A stretch of 64,000 nt of DNA from an uncultured bacterium (GCA_963713925.1 OY970212.1:896001-960000); one strand, 5' to 3'. Shown: positions 7,911 to 17,774, numbered from the stretch's first letter. The notes: generated from the letters alone by a model not told the origin. Program-made: numbers and translations.

Positions 7911-9005
7911 ATGCCATCCCCTCTCAAATCATCGCCCGAAACACATCATTTCACTGGAAACATCTATTTTTTCCACGCGTATGACGTTGGTGAAGATATC
8001 AATTTTGAACGAGTCAAAAGCTCGAATGCTGTTTCAATCGTCCCTCGGCAGCCCTCAAAATATTTTAAAAATTATCATGCCCCACTCTCAATTGAAATGC
8101 GCCAACAAAGACTTTCTCCGTTTTGCATTGAAGCTAAAATACACACCTTCGGCGCCATTTCTCTGACGTATAAAATACCTTTTTCAAACACGCTTGAGGC
8201 AGTCAGAAAAGATCTTGATGCACTTGATGATCAGTATGAAAACATCAGTTTAAAAGATGCTGAAAACATATTTGCGATCATCAAACCGTTTATCACCAAG
8301 CCAAAATTTAATCAGATGAATGCTTCTCATGTGGTCATACAAGTTGATCCTCAGCCAGAAGTTATCGATACGGTTGCACTGAAAGAAACTTTCGGGAGCA
8401 TTATTGCATCCACACTTCGCTTTGAAACAGAAACGCTTTCGGAATATCAAAAAAATGAAATTCTTGAATCGGCCATCGGTTATTTCCGAGGAGATTTACT
8501 GGTGATCGATACAGAAGCTTCGTTTGTCTACGATGATGAGTTTCCCGACATTCAGGAATTTTTTGAATTTGCCAATTTGCAACAGTTGGAGCTCCGCTAT
8601 TTTGATCGCATCTTAGATCAACATCTCAATATGATTTACGAAGACAAACAACGATCTGTGCCAATCACCTCATATCTGCCATTTGTGGGCATATATTCCA
8701 AAAACCAAGTCGATGAACTTGGCAAATTAAAGGTTGATATCTCGGTTATCACCGAACGGCTCGAAGGCAGTATCAAACTAGCCGGTGAGCCCTATTATTC
8801 TGAGCTCTATGCCCTCCTGCAAGATAAGCTTGATCTCAAAGGTTGGCAGGAAGCCGTGAATAAAAAGCTCTCCATTACCCTGGATATCAGATCAGTTCTC
8901 CAAAACAAAATTGATTCGGTCAGAGAGGATTTACTCACCGTTTTGATCGTTATCCTCATTTTTATTGAGTTAGTGGTTGGTTTGCTCAACTACGCCCAGC
9001 ATTAA
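7911..9005 (+). CDS. RMD1/DUF155-like protein
   Basis: 364 aa with a long helical C-half and a terminal TM segment (LLTVLIVILIFIELVVGLL) typical of the family; recognition from memory. Confidence 0.6.
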   Translation: MPSPLKSSPETHHFTGNIYFFHAYDVGEDINFERVKSSNAVSIVPRQPSKYFKNYHAPLSIEMRQQRLSPFCIEAKIHTFGAISLTYKIPFSNTLEAVRKDLDALDDQYENISLKDAENIFAIIKPFITKPKFNQMNASHVVIQVDPQPEVIDTVALKETFGSIIASTLRFETETLSEYQKNEILESAIGYFRGDLLVIDTEASFVYDDEFPDIQEFFEFANLQQLELRYFDRILDQHLNMIYEDKQRSVPITSYLPFVGIYSKNQVDELGKLKVDISVITERLEGSIKLAGEPYYSELYALLQDKLDLKGWQEAVNKKLSITLDIRSVLQNKIDSVREDLLTVLIVILIFIELVVGLLNYAQH

Positions 9006-9119
9006 GTTATCCTCATGTACACTAGGGAGGCCCCAATAAGAAATCCACAACTTCGCGAGGGTCATATAAATAAGCCAGAATAAACCATGAACGATGGGTG
9101 ACGTAAAGTAGTCTCCCAT

Positions 9120-9334
9120 CGTTCGTGGTGAGCAAAGCATACTGTAGTCGAACAATTCGAACGAAAAATAGATGCGTACTTAGGACTTCGTATTGTACCT
9201 GCCATACAGAGTAATTATATGAAATAACTTGTAACTGATTTATGAGTTCGTATGGATTCGACTTCGTTTCATGCCCCAATTTCGCTTATGCTCCATCGGG
9301 GACCCCAAAATTTCACTACGCTCACCACGAACGG
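9120..9334. repeat. Family-D element carrying an inserted family-A palindrome
   Basis: CGTTCGTGGTGAGC...GCTCACCACGAACG; 44-bp insert at 9272-9315 flanked by TTTCA direct repeats. Confidence 0.8.
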
Positions 9335-9542
9335 GAAGGGGGTTTTTATTCAAAAAACATGAACCTAACACCATTTTTTCGTCTTTTTCAAAAACTCAAC
9401 GGAACCTAAACCCGGTAGGCCATCAGGGATTCTTACCTATCCCCATGGACATTTTTATCCAAACTGATATAATTGCTATTAGAAACTGAATTTAAGCTTT
9501 CTAAGCTAAGTATCTAATACATATCAAAAATGGAGTCTTTTT

Positions 9543-10400
9543 ATGAATAAATATGCCCTTTACGGTCTTTTTATTGCCCTTTGCGGGGGAACTCTAACTG
9601 CTGCGGACAAAGGAACCGTTGCTAAGAAAACGGTAGTTAAGAAAGAACATTCTAAGCCTGCCGCAAAAAAACATTACAAATATCGCTTTAATGATCTCCC
9701 CGAGGAAGCTCTTGTGCATCTTTTCAAAAATCTTTCTATCGGCGACATTCCAACTATGCGCCTAGTAGGTAACAAATGCAAAAGAATTATTGAAGACAAA
9801 ACCGTTGTTGGCTACTTATTGAAAAAGGATACTCCACCCAATAAGACTCTTTTTCTCCCACTGGCGCTTCCCCATCCTCTATTAATCAATCAGTACAACG
9901 CTCTTCCAGAAAATGACAAAACTGCAATAATCAATCATTTTATAAAGCGTTTTTCAGATTTTCCTCCTGAAACGTCGACAAGAATTAGCATTCTATTCCA
10001 AAATCCGCTTTCTTACCTTACACAAAGAACGGGTCAATCATTTTCGAAAGCAATTGTAGAAAAAAAACCTATAAGAGCACTCTTGTGTTTGCATTTGCGC
10101 ATGGAAATACAACCAACCAATCAGGATTATGCAAATCTCTGTGATATTTATAAATCTAAAAAAACGAAAATAAAGGTTAACAATAGAGGCGCTATAGCGG
10201 CCGGACTTGATGGAAACGCCTTTCGTGATGCGATAGAAAAGAATTGGAAACTAATGCGACCCTATTTTGAGCTTTTGGAACGCATAACACAAAACTACCA
10301 AATTCCAAAAACGTACAAAAAAGGTATTGAAAGCTTTTTCAGATCAAGCAAAACTGCAAAAAAAGAATTGGACAAGCTTGAAAAGAAACGAAAGAAGTAA
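9543..10400 (+). CDS. Secreted F-box-like protein
   Basis: Signal peptide; FNDLPEEALVHLFKNLSIGDIPTMRLVGNKCKRII fits the F-box pattern; basic C-terminus KKRKK. Confidence 0.75.
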   Translation: MNKYALYGLFIALCGGTLTAADKGTVAKKTVVKKEHSKPAAKKHYKYRFNDLPEEALVHLFKNLSIGDIPTMRLVGNKCKRIIEDKTVVGYLLKKDTPPNKTLFLPLALPHPLLINQYNALPENDKTAIINHFIKRFSDFPPETSTRISILFQNPLSYLTQRTGQSFSKAIVEKKPIRALLCLHLRMEIQPTNQDYANLCDIYKSKKTKIKVNNRGAIAAGLDGNAFRDAIEKNWKLMRPYFELLERITQNYQIPKTYKKGIESFFRSSKTAKKELDKLEKKRKK

Positions 10401-10403
10401 CTC

Positions 10404-11168
10404 ATGAAACGAATATTTATTCTTATCACAAGCATCACGATAGGATCGATGGTATCCTGCTCGGATAGCAAACGGGTAAAAAAAATTGAGCAGACCACCG
10501 TACGCAGAGTTATCATAGCTGAAAACCCGGTCGACGGGTTCCGCGGATTCGACCACCCCGTTGATGAGATCAACCTCAACATTCCGCAACTGCTTATCGA
10601 CAATAACAATCCGGTACAATCGGCACGGGACCTTATTAATTTGGGCAAGACTTCGAAATATTTTCATGCCTTGTCACAAGATAAAGAAGTCGTGAATCTC
10701 ATGAAAAATCCGATTCTTATCGCGCTCGCTCACCCTCGAATTTTGCATACCAAAACACAATCTCTGGCCGATGCGGACAAAATGGAATTTCTTACCGATG
10801 TAGAGTTGATACCAAGCAATAAAATACAATACACCATATGCCGAAGACTTGTACAATTATCACTTCCTTTTTTCAGTACGTTAAAAAGACACCCTATTTT
10901 GTACTCTACAGTGATACAATCAAATTTACCTCTTTTTGAATTGTGTCAACAGCTGCTCAACGCATCATCCCGAATCAACCAACTGATACCTGAACAAATG
11001 TATCTTCATTATTTGAAAAGAGCTGCTCGACGCACAATTATGGATCTCGGAACTGAACGAAGTGAAATATACAAAAAAGACTACAATAGCAGAGAAGGAA
11101 GAAAAGAAATCGATAGATTAGATCTTTTGATACAAGATGCAAAAGCTATACTTGAAAAATTAAAATAA
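10404..11168 (+). CDS. Secreted divergent F-box-like protein
   Basis: Signal-like N-terminus; GFDHPVDEI...ARDLINLGKTSKYFHAL parallels its neighbours. Confidence 0.65.
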   Translation: MKRIFILITSITIGSMVSCSDSKRVKKIEQTTVRRVIIAENPVDGFRGFDHPVDEINLNIPQLLIDNNNPVQSARDLINLGKTSKYFHALSQDKEVVNLMKNPILIALAHPRILHTKTQSLADADKMEFLTDVELIPSNKIQYTICRRLVQLSLPFFSTLKRHPILYSTVIQSNLPLFELCQQLLNASSRINQLIPEQMYLHYLKRAARRTIMDLGTERSEIYKKDYNSREGRKEIDRLDLLIQDAKAILEKLK

Positions 11169-11195
11169 AAATTGTTCATTAATGGAGGAAATCTT

Positions 11196-11960
11196 ATGAA
11201 ACGTATATTTTTAGCACTCGCCCTTATCTGCAGCACTGCAGCTTTTTGTGCCGATAAATCCAATAAAAAAGCTAAAGTTGTCACCGCTCCTGCTGTCACA
11301 GCTGTAGTCAATGATCCATCTATTCCAGTACCAGGACATTCCGGATTTGACTATATTCCCGATGAGGCTGCACTAGAAATACCTTTGCAATTTGCTCATA
11401 AAAATTCTTTTGATCTCGAATCAGTAAGAGATTTAGCGCATTTGAGTGGAGTATCAAAACGATTCAATATCTTAGTAAAAGATACCCAGGTCGCACGTCA
11501 ACTGTATCCGCTTACCGCAGCTTTAATAAACCCAAACTGGATACTAACACTTGACCGTGAAAAAAAACTCTCGTTTCTTTTCGACGTTGATAAAGATTCG
11601 TCAGACGAGATGAAAACCATTGCTTGCAAACAACTCGCTCGAGCAATTAATAACTCCCAATCCAGGTTATCAGGATTAGGTCTCAAGTATCAGCTCAATC
11701 CACAAAACAAACCGATAATTCCTATTATTGAGGGCGCAATTCAACGCTCCAACCTTGAACTATTCAAGGAAGCTCAACGGATGCTCAAGCTTCATTTTGG
11801 TTCCGCACTTGGTTCAGCAGCAATTTCCCCAGAGCAAGAGAAATTGAAACGGCTGGCGTATCAAGCGGCTTCACCCAACTGCCCCGCGGATAAAAAAGCA
11901 GAAGCGAAAGCTATTTTAGCAATTGTCGATCCACAATCTATATCTATACCGGTGAGGTAA
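11196..11960 (+). CDS. Secreted F-box-like protein
   Basis: GGAGG RBS; signal peptide; GFDYIPDEAALEI...VRDLAHLSGVSKRFNILV. Confidence 0.7.
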   Translation: MKRIFLALALICSTAAFCADKSNKKAKVVTAPAVTAVVNDPSIPVPGHSGFDYIPDEAALEIPLQFAHKNSFDLESVRDLAHLSGVSKRFNILVKDTQVARQLYPLTAALINPNWILTLDREKKLSFLFDVDKDSSDEMKTIACKQLARAINNSQSRLSGLGLKYQLNPQNKPIIPIIEGAIQRSNLELFKEAQRMLKLHFGSALGSAAISPEQEKLKRLAYQAASPNCPADKKAEAKAILAIVDPQSISIPVR

Positions 11961-11981
11961 CTCCTGGATTGAAAATGATTT

Positions 11982-12024
11982 AAAAAAAGAGAGAACGTTT
12001 GCAGCGCAGACGTTCTCTCTTTTT
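11982..12024. terminator. Bidirectional terminator
   Basis: AAAAAGAGAGAACGT...ACGTTCTCTCTTTTT between convergent genes. Confidence 0.8.
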
Positions 12025-12032
12025 ACTTATAG

Positions 12033-12554
12033 CTATTGAGCGACGCTTACCTTTGCCGGGCGAAGCACTTTGTCGTGAAGCATATAGCCCTTTTCAAGTA
12101 CTTGCATAATAGTACCCGGAGCTTTATCTGAGGCTACCGACATCAGCGCCTCATGCTTTTCTGGGTCAAATTGATCGACATCAGGCATCACAGTAACCCC
12201 ATATTTTGACAAGAGTTTCACAAGAGATTTATGAATCATATCAAATCCAGAAAGCCAAACGTTCAATTCTACCTTGTGCGCTTGGTTTGAAGCCGGGGAT
12301 AATGCTCTCTCAAAATCATCTACTATCGTAATAATATCTTTGAGAATCAATTGCTGTCCGCTGCTGATCCAATGGAGACGATCTTTTTCGGTGCGTCGTT
12401 TAAAATTATCAAAATCAGCACCCAACCGAGTCAATTTTTCAGTCAGTTCTGCAACCTGCTTAAGACATGCTTCTTGCGCACTCTGTTTTCGTTCTGTTTG
12501 AGGATTTGTCGTTTCTGTTTGTTCGATATTGTTCTTATCAACTGTATCTTCCAT
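12033..12554 (-). CDS. grpE: Nucleotide exchange factor GrpE
   Basis: ADFDNFKRRTEK, FDPEKHEA, KGYMLHDKVLRPAKVSV. Confidence 0.97.
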   Translation of the reverse strand: MEDTVDKNNIEQTETTNPQTERKQSAQEACLKQVAELTEKLTRLGADFDNFKRRTEKDRLHWISSGQQLILKDIITIVDDFERALSPASNQAHKVELNVWLSGFDMIHKSLVKLLSKYGVTVMPDVDQFDPEKHEALMSVASDKAPGTIMQVLEKGYMLHDKVLRPAKVSVAQ

Positions 12555-12713
12555 TGATGCCCCTAAAAATTGTTTTTCTTTTTTTACAGTATATCATACC
12601 GGTCGCGTGCAACAAGTTTCAGATTTTGGGCTTTTCTTTTTTTTCGATTTTATTTATAAGTAGAGAAAAGAATCGAATTGAACATTCGAGTATACAAGGA
12701 GACTAAAAAAGTT

Positions 12714-14078
12714 ATGAACGCCCTAAAACGATCCCTTTTATTCTACATTTTGTGCTTCGTGGTGCACAATACAATTGCCATTGATAACCACCACTTCTAC
12801 CGCGCGAGCAATTTCTTTCCCGTCTTTCTCGAACCGCGCTTGTGTGAAGATGGTCTCTCGTCGTTTGATGTCTATTTCAGTGGTGGACGCACAGACAAAA
12901 GTGCCTATGGATGTTCACGCCCCTTCAACTTATGTCACAATAGAGATTGCCTGCTGAATATTTGCGGTTATGCCAACATTCAAGCTCTCGGGATAAATAT
13001 ACCTAACTTTGATCCGACAAACCCGGTCGATCAAGCGCTCAACGCCCTTGCCTTGCTTCCGACGCGCGAAAATTTTGCGAATCTTTCATTCTTGGGACAT
13101 TTCAGCATTTTTGAAGCCGATCTTTTCTATACCCAAAATATTGTCAATGGCTTCTTTGTACAAATTCACGCCCCATTTCGTCGCCTTAAAATAGCCTGCG
13201 TGGAAAAAAGAGATCTTTCGCCCAACGATAATCTGTTTCCCAATAGAAATACCCCGGAATGGACAACCTTTTTGGGATTGTATAACCAATTTCTTGATCG
13301 CTTTCAGCTCTCAACTTCCGACTGCTGCGATAACTTTGTCGGTGATACAACCGTACTATTCGGTTGGACGGGCAATTATGATGACACCGAGATTCTTGAT
13401 TTCTTCGACATGAGCGTGAGAGTAGGCGTGCTCATTCCAACCGGTAAAAAAGCTGATCCAAACTTCGCGTTTGACCTGCCGACCGGATACAACGGACTTG
13501 TCGGAATTCCAGTCACCTTCGATGCGGCCTTTGGTCTTTATGACTGGGTCACTCTTGGCATGCATTTTGGCGTCCTTCCGTTCACGAGCACCACCCAATC
13601 GGTGCGCGTTCCAACATCCCCCGATCAAACAGGATTACTAAAACTGCAGACAATCCGTGAGAGCGTCAAAGGTGGATTGCTCTGGGACGCAGTCGGCTAT
13701 TTTAAAGCCGATCATATCTGTCGCGGGCTTTCGTTTACCTTGGGTTACACGTTCGCGGATAAAAAAGCAAACAAACTTATCCCTCCCGTGTGTGATTGCG
13801 AAATTCTTTCATGCACTTCACCCGTCTGCACATCGCCGAATCTTTGCTCGCCTGCGTTGAGCCCTTGCGCCTGTGTTGAGTCGTGCGACCTGATTAACAG
13901 TGCGTGGAACATGCAAACAGTCCATATCTTCTTTGAATATGATTTTACCGCGCACGACCCAATATTCATGTGTCCAAGACTTGGCCTTTTTGTCAATGTT
14001 CCTGTTGGTGGAAAACGAATTTTTGATACCCCTACCGGCGGGTTCTCTACCGGCTTTGATTTGTCTTGGTGTTTTTGA
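12714..14078 (+). CDS. Cysteine-rich putative outer-membrane beta-barrel protein
   Basis: Signal-like N-terminus, alternating aromatic beta-strands, C-terminal Phe (GFDLSWCF), Cys-rich loops. Confidence 0.55.
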   Translation: MNALKRSLLFYILCFVVHNTIAIDNHHFYRASNFFPVFLEPRLCEDGLSSFDVYFSGGRTDKSAYGCSRPFNLCHNRDCLLNICGYANIQALGINIPNFDPTNPVDQALNALALLPTRENFANLSFLGHFSIFEADLFYTQNIVNGFFVQIHAPFRRLKIACVEKRDLSPNDNLFPNRNTPEWTTFLGLYNQFLDRFQLSTSDCCDNFVGDTTVLFGWTGNYDDTEILDFFDMSVRVGVLIPTGKKADPNFAFDLPTGYNGLVGIPVTFDAAFGLYDWVTLGMHFGVLPFTSTTQSVRVPTSPDQTGLLKLQTIRESVKGGLLWDAVGYFKADHICRGLSFTLGYTFADKKANKLIPPVCDCEILSCTSPVCTSPNLCSPALSPCACVESCDLINSAWNMQTVHIFFEYDFTAHDPIFMCPRLGLFVNVPVGGKRIFDTPTGGFSTGFDLSWCF

Positions 14079-14079
14079 A

Positions 14080-14114
14080 ACCCCAATCTACGTTGAACTT
14101 CGATTGGGGACCCC
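14080..14114. repeat. Family-A palindrome
   Basis: ACCCCAATC...GATTGGGGACCCC. Confidence 0.75.
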
Positions 14115-14130
14115 GAAAACAGGGTCGGTT

Positions 14131-14284
14131 GTCATGCTGAACTTGTTTCAGCAACTTGTCCGCCGTAACTTGCCAAGCCGGAAGGCCTGGATAAGTAGAG
14201 GCTGGATCCAGGTTAAATAGATCCTGAAATAAATTCAGGATGACAAAGCAATAAGCTACTTTCGGGAATTTCGGACAAGCTCTA
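14131..14284. repeat. Family-B element with a 53-bp nested family-C-like insert
   Basis: GTCATGCTGAACTTGTTTCAGCA...AGATCCTGAAATAAATTCAGGATGAC; uninterrupted copy at 51341. Confidence 0.85.
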
Positions 14285-14302
14285 AAGTTGCTACCCCATT
14301 CT

Positions 14303-14719
14303 TCATATAAGTTCTTTAATATCCGCACAAATAGATCGTGCAAGCGGTGCAACAATTGCGCTGCTTGCATCTGATTGTTCTTGATGATAAAACTCTTTTT
14401 CAATGTGAGAGATGATAGTACGCACTAATTCTAAGTCGCTGACCATCACAATATCTTCTTGAGCATCAAGCTGTTGTGCCATCATTTTAATCTCATAACC
14501 CAAACGAGTAAGTCTTCCTAAAATAATATCTTTTAAAAGCTGTTCATCCGCACTGTTTTCGCATTCAATCAGTTTTCGTGTGTCATCCCATACCTGCAAG
14601 CCAAGATCGAGCGCTGAGGAAAAGCAAAGAACTTCATCTGATCCGTAGCCCATCTTTGGGAGCAATAAGCAAAAAAAGAGACTCGATAGTGTGCAAAACA
14701 GATTCGGCATATATTTCAT
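14303..14719 (-). CDS. Hypothetical protein with a hydrophobic N-terminus
   Basis: ORF in intergenic space; start chosen at MKYMPNL. Confidence 0.6.
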   Translation of the reverse strand: MKYMPNLFCTLSSLFFCLLLPKMGYGSDEVLCFSSALDLGLQVWDDTRKLIECENSADEQLLKDIILGRLTRLGYEIKMMAQQLDAQEDIVMVSDLELVRTIISHIEKEFYHQEQSDASSAIVAPLARSICADIKELI

Positions 14720-15015
14720 ACTATGGCCCTTATTTTTACCCCCACACTTTCCGCCCACGTTACAACTAAGACGTGAGAAGTTGTGCAGGGGCCCCTTTTT
14801 ATTTACCCCATGCAAAGACATGCTCCCAACCGTCTCTCGTATGAAAGAATCACATTTTTATATTCAATCTGTCAATGGTTTATTAAGCATTTAAAAAGCC
14901 TATCCCGAGGATTGCTGGTTTGTTTGAACCTGGACAACAGCTTGAGAGATACCCCCCACTTGACGAAAATTTTCTATTTGATAATATAAATATAAGTGGT
15001 TTATTAATTATTAAT

Positions 15016-15070
15016 GGGCCCCAAGCGCCTGTCCCGCCATAACCTATGGTGACGGCGGAAATGCTTGGGT
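15016..15070. repeat. Family-A palindrome with nested family-C element
   Basis: GGGCCCCAAGC [CCTGTCCCCGCCATAACCTATGGTGACGGCGGA] GCTTGGGT. Confidence 0.75.
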
Positions 15071-15089
15071 GTAGAAGATGGAGAATCTT

Positions 15090-15551
15090 ATGAAAAAACT
15101 TATAGTACTCGGAGTAGCACTCCTTACCCTTGGCATCAGCCAATCAGCGGAAGCAATGTTTTTACGACAGGTTGCCAATCGCGGCGCGCAAGCAGCGGCT
15201 CGACAATTTTCAACAAAAGCACTCGTTCCTTATGAGCAAAAACAACTTGTTGTTATTTCAAAATCAAATAACGACTTACCGTGGGACTTTTCTGGAGTGC
15301 GTAAATATTTTACAACTCTTGCTGCTACCGGTTCGGCGTATCTTTTATCAAGACATAAACTTGGCTCTGATCATCCACTTACGGAAAATCTTAAGATAGC
15401 ACTTCAATTTGTAGGCCTTCCTGTCATCGGAGCTGGCTGCGCAACGGGTGCTGTTGCTACGGCTGCGTGCCTTGTAAAATATCCTCTGACAACCATAGCT
15501 ACCGCAGTTGCAGCTGCTACATATTTTGATGAAAGAGAAAAAACAAAATAA
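15090..15551 (+). CDS. Secreted protein with a mitochondrial presequence-like segment and hydrophobic C-terminus
   Basis: GGAG RBS; signal peptide ending AEA, followed by MFLRQVANRGAQAAARQFST. Confidence 0.8.
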   Translation: MKKLIVLGVALLTLGISQSAEAMFLRQVANRGAQAAARQFSTKALVPYEQKQLVVISKSNNDLPWDFSGVRKYFTTLAATGSAYLLSRHKLGSDHPLTENLKIALQFVGLPVIGAGCATGAVATAACLVKYPLTTIATAVAAATYFDEREKTK

Positions 15552-15588
15552 AAAATGCAACGTTATGAATGCATAATCATTATTGAGT

Positions 15589-15623
15589 GAAATAGGCCGG
15601 AAAATTCCGGCCTATTTCTTTTT
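15589..15623. terminator. Terminator between convergent genes
   Basis: GAAATAGGCCGGAA-AA-TTCCGGCCTATTTC followed by a T run. Confidence 0.8.
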
Positions 15624-16193
15624 TTAAAACGGTAAATCGTCTTGGAATGGTGGTTGATCTTTGAATTCAACCTCGGAGCCCATATCAGACGTTTCTTTCT
15701 TTTTACGAGCTGGTTTCGGCTCATCTAAGTCTGACTTAGTAGCAAAGCCGGAAGTTTTTTTGTTTTTAATGTTTTGGATTTGATTAAGCAAATCTTTTTC
15801 CATTTCTGATTGCACAGGCTCCGCGCTTGGCTCTTCTGCACCCATTTCAACTGATGCGCCAGCACCCGAAGACAAGAAGACCACACGGTCAGCAACTATG
15901 GTATGCTTGCTGTGTTTTTGGCCATTTGCTTCCCAGCTGTTAAATTTCAAGCGGCCTTCAATAAGCGCCGGACGACCTTTTTGCAAATATTGGCGGCAGC
16001 TTTCAGCTTGCGCTCCCCACACTTCAACATCAACAAAGCATACTTCTTGCACCATTGATCCTGATTGTTTGTTTTTAAATTGACGATTTGATGCAATGCC
16101 CAAAGTGCAAACTGCTTGTCCTGACGGAAGTTGTTTATAATCCGGGTCACGGGTTAAATTTCCGGCAATAATAACGCGATTAAAACTTGCCAT
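15624..16193 (-). CDS. ssb: Single-stranded DNA-binding protein
   Basis: FNRVIIAGNLTRDP, YLQKG..IEGRL, acidic tail DDLPF. Confidence 0.97.
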   Translation of the reverse strand: MASFNRVIIAGNLTRDPDYKQLPSGQAVCTLGIASNRQFKNKQSGSMVQEVCFVDVEVWGAQAESCRQYLQKGRPALIEGRLKFNSWEANGQKHSKHTIVADRVVFLSSGAGASVEMGAEEPSAEPVQSEMEKDLLNQIQNIKNKKTSGFATKSDLDEPKPARKKKETSDMGSEVEFKDQPPFQDDLPF

Positions 16194-16781
16194 AAGAAGA
16201 ACCTTTTGAAATGAGTAATTTGTAATAAATTTTTTGAATATATATTCGCTATCGTAACAAAAAAGCAGATCCATTTCTACTATGACACACAAAGAACTCC
16301 GCTCCCCGCGTTGGGGCAAGAGTAGTTCTGCCACCACTCTTGCATCTCGGGCACTTAAGACCAAGGTCTTAAGAAACCCTTTGCCCGTTTCAAACATCGG
16401 GATCACGCAATTTTTCAAATTGCTTAGACCCTCGGCGAAACTACCGGACTTTTTTATTTTACCGTAGTTATTCGTATTGAATTGTTGCTCGATAAAACAA
16501 GAAATGATGGAGTGGAGGAGTGGGTGAAGCCAGCCGGGCCGGCTGTAGAGGCCAAATTTAACGTTTCAAGCCAATTAGCAATGCATTAAAATCGACACGA
16601 TAAAATAGAAAAGTCTGATGAGGTTCACCGAACCAATGTAGCGATTTATCGCGTATGGTGAGTTGAACCTCAAGGAATTTTTAAAACCTTGGTTTTAAAC
16701 GCCCGTTGCCCTGAAGGGTTGGCGAGAACCCTTCAGGCGCTGGTCCCCGCGGAGGGGACAAAATGTTTCTGGGGGGTGGGC

Positions 16782-17135
16782 TTAAAACTTTTTTAATATA
16801 CTGTTAAGTTCTTCGATCTTGCGCTCGATGGCGCGCACTGCCTCAACCATCTTTTGTTTACCTGATAGCTTTTTTTCTTTTGCAAACAACCCATTACTTG
16901 TTCCCTCAACCACATCCATCACATCTTCAAGTAATTTTTTCTGTAATCGACCAAGTTGCTCTTGAAGCTCTGCAATCTGCCGCAGCAGATCGCCCACACA
17001 GTAAACAAAATCTTCCTTAACGCCGAGTGCTGACGTTGCTGCGGGTTTTGCATTCGAAGATTTAGGAACCACGATAAATGATTCTTCTGCGCGAGATACC
17101 TCAAAAAAAAGCAGGCTTATAAACAAACTTTTCAT
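16782..17135 (-). CDS. Hypothetical secreted coiled-coil protein
   Basis: ATGA overlap with pgsA stop; MKSLFISLLFF N-terminus. Confidence 0.7.
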   Translation of the reverse strand: MKSLFISLLFFEVSRAEESFIVVPKSSNAKPAATSALGVKEDFVYCVGDLLRQIAELQEQLGRLQKKLLEDVMDVVEGTSNGLFAKEKKLSGKQKMVEAVRAIERKIEELNSILKKF

Positions 17136-17698
17136 GCAACTGACCTTCCTTGCAGCAAAAGAATACCGATGCGCAAATATTGTAACAACGATATCAACAC
17201 CAATGCCAGCACGCAAAAAAGGCTCGCGTAATATGTTTTAATAGGAACGAAGTGGAAGAAATAACACACGCACAACCACACAACCAACAATGACTGTACA
17301 ACTGTTGTTAGTTTGCTTGTCATGGTTGGCTTTACATACATAACTCCGCGGAAATAATAGAGTAGCCCCGTCCCACCCACGACAATGATTTCACGCGCAG
17401 CAATACATGCGACAAACCACCAGGGAATATGCAAACGATCTGCCGGCAAGGCAGCTAATGTTGTCAGCGAAGCTAACAAAAGAATTTTATCTGCAATAGG
17501 ATCTAACGATGCACCAAGCACCGTTTGTTCATTAAGGAGGCGCGCTAAAAAGCCGTCAAGCATATCGCTGAGCGCCGCGACCGAAAACAATATTCCTGCG
17601 ACAACCCACGATTGATTAATCAAGCTGAGCACGATAAATGGTGTCAACATGATACGGCTTAGCGTGATCCATGTCGCAATTGTTATTTTAAAAGACAT
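17132..17698 (-). CDS. pgsA: CDP-alcohol phosphatidyltransferase (PgsA family)
   Basis: ITLSRI, DMLDGFLAR...GASLDPIADK motif. Confidence 0.9.
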   Translation of the reverse strand: MSFKITIATWITLSRIMLTPFIVLSLINQSWVVAGILFSVAALSDMLDGFLARLLNEQTVLGASLDPIADKILLLASLTTLAALPADRLHIPWWFVACIAAREIIVVGGTGLLYYFRGVMYVKPTMTSKLTTVVQSLLVVWLCVCYFFHFVPIKTYYASLFCVLALVLISLLQYLRIGILLLQGRSVA

Positions 17699-17774
17699 AT
17701 AATTTACTCGGAAAAAGAGGGGAAACCTTATTGGGCCAGTATACCTAAAGAACAATAAATATTAAACACAGAAA

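Noticed and set aside
16194..16418. N-terminal extension of ssb in the ORF track
   Set aside because: The SSB fold starts at MASFNRV (16193); the extension crosses AT-rich and hairpin DNA.
16614..16680. CTGATGAG followed by a stem, resembling a hammerhead ribozyme core
   Set aside because: The required GAAA directly after stem II is missing.
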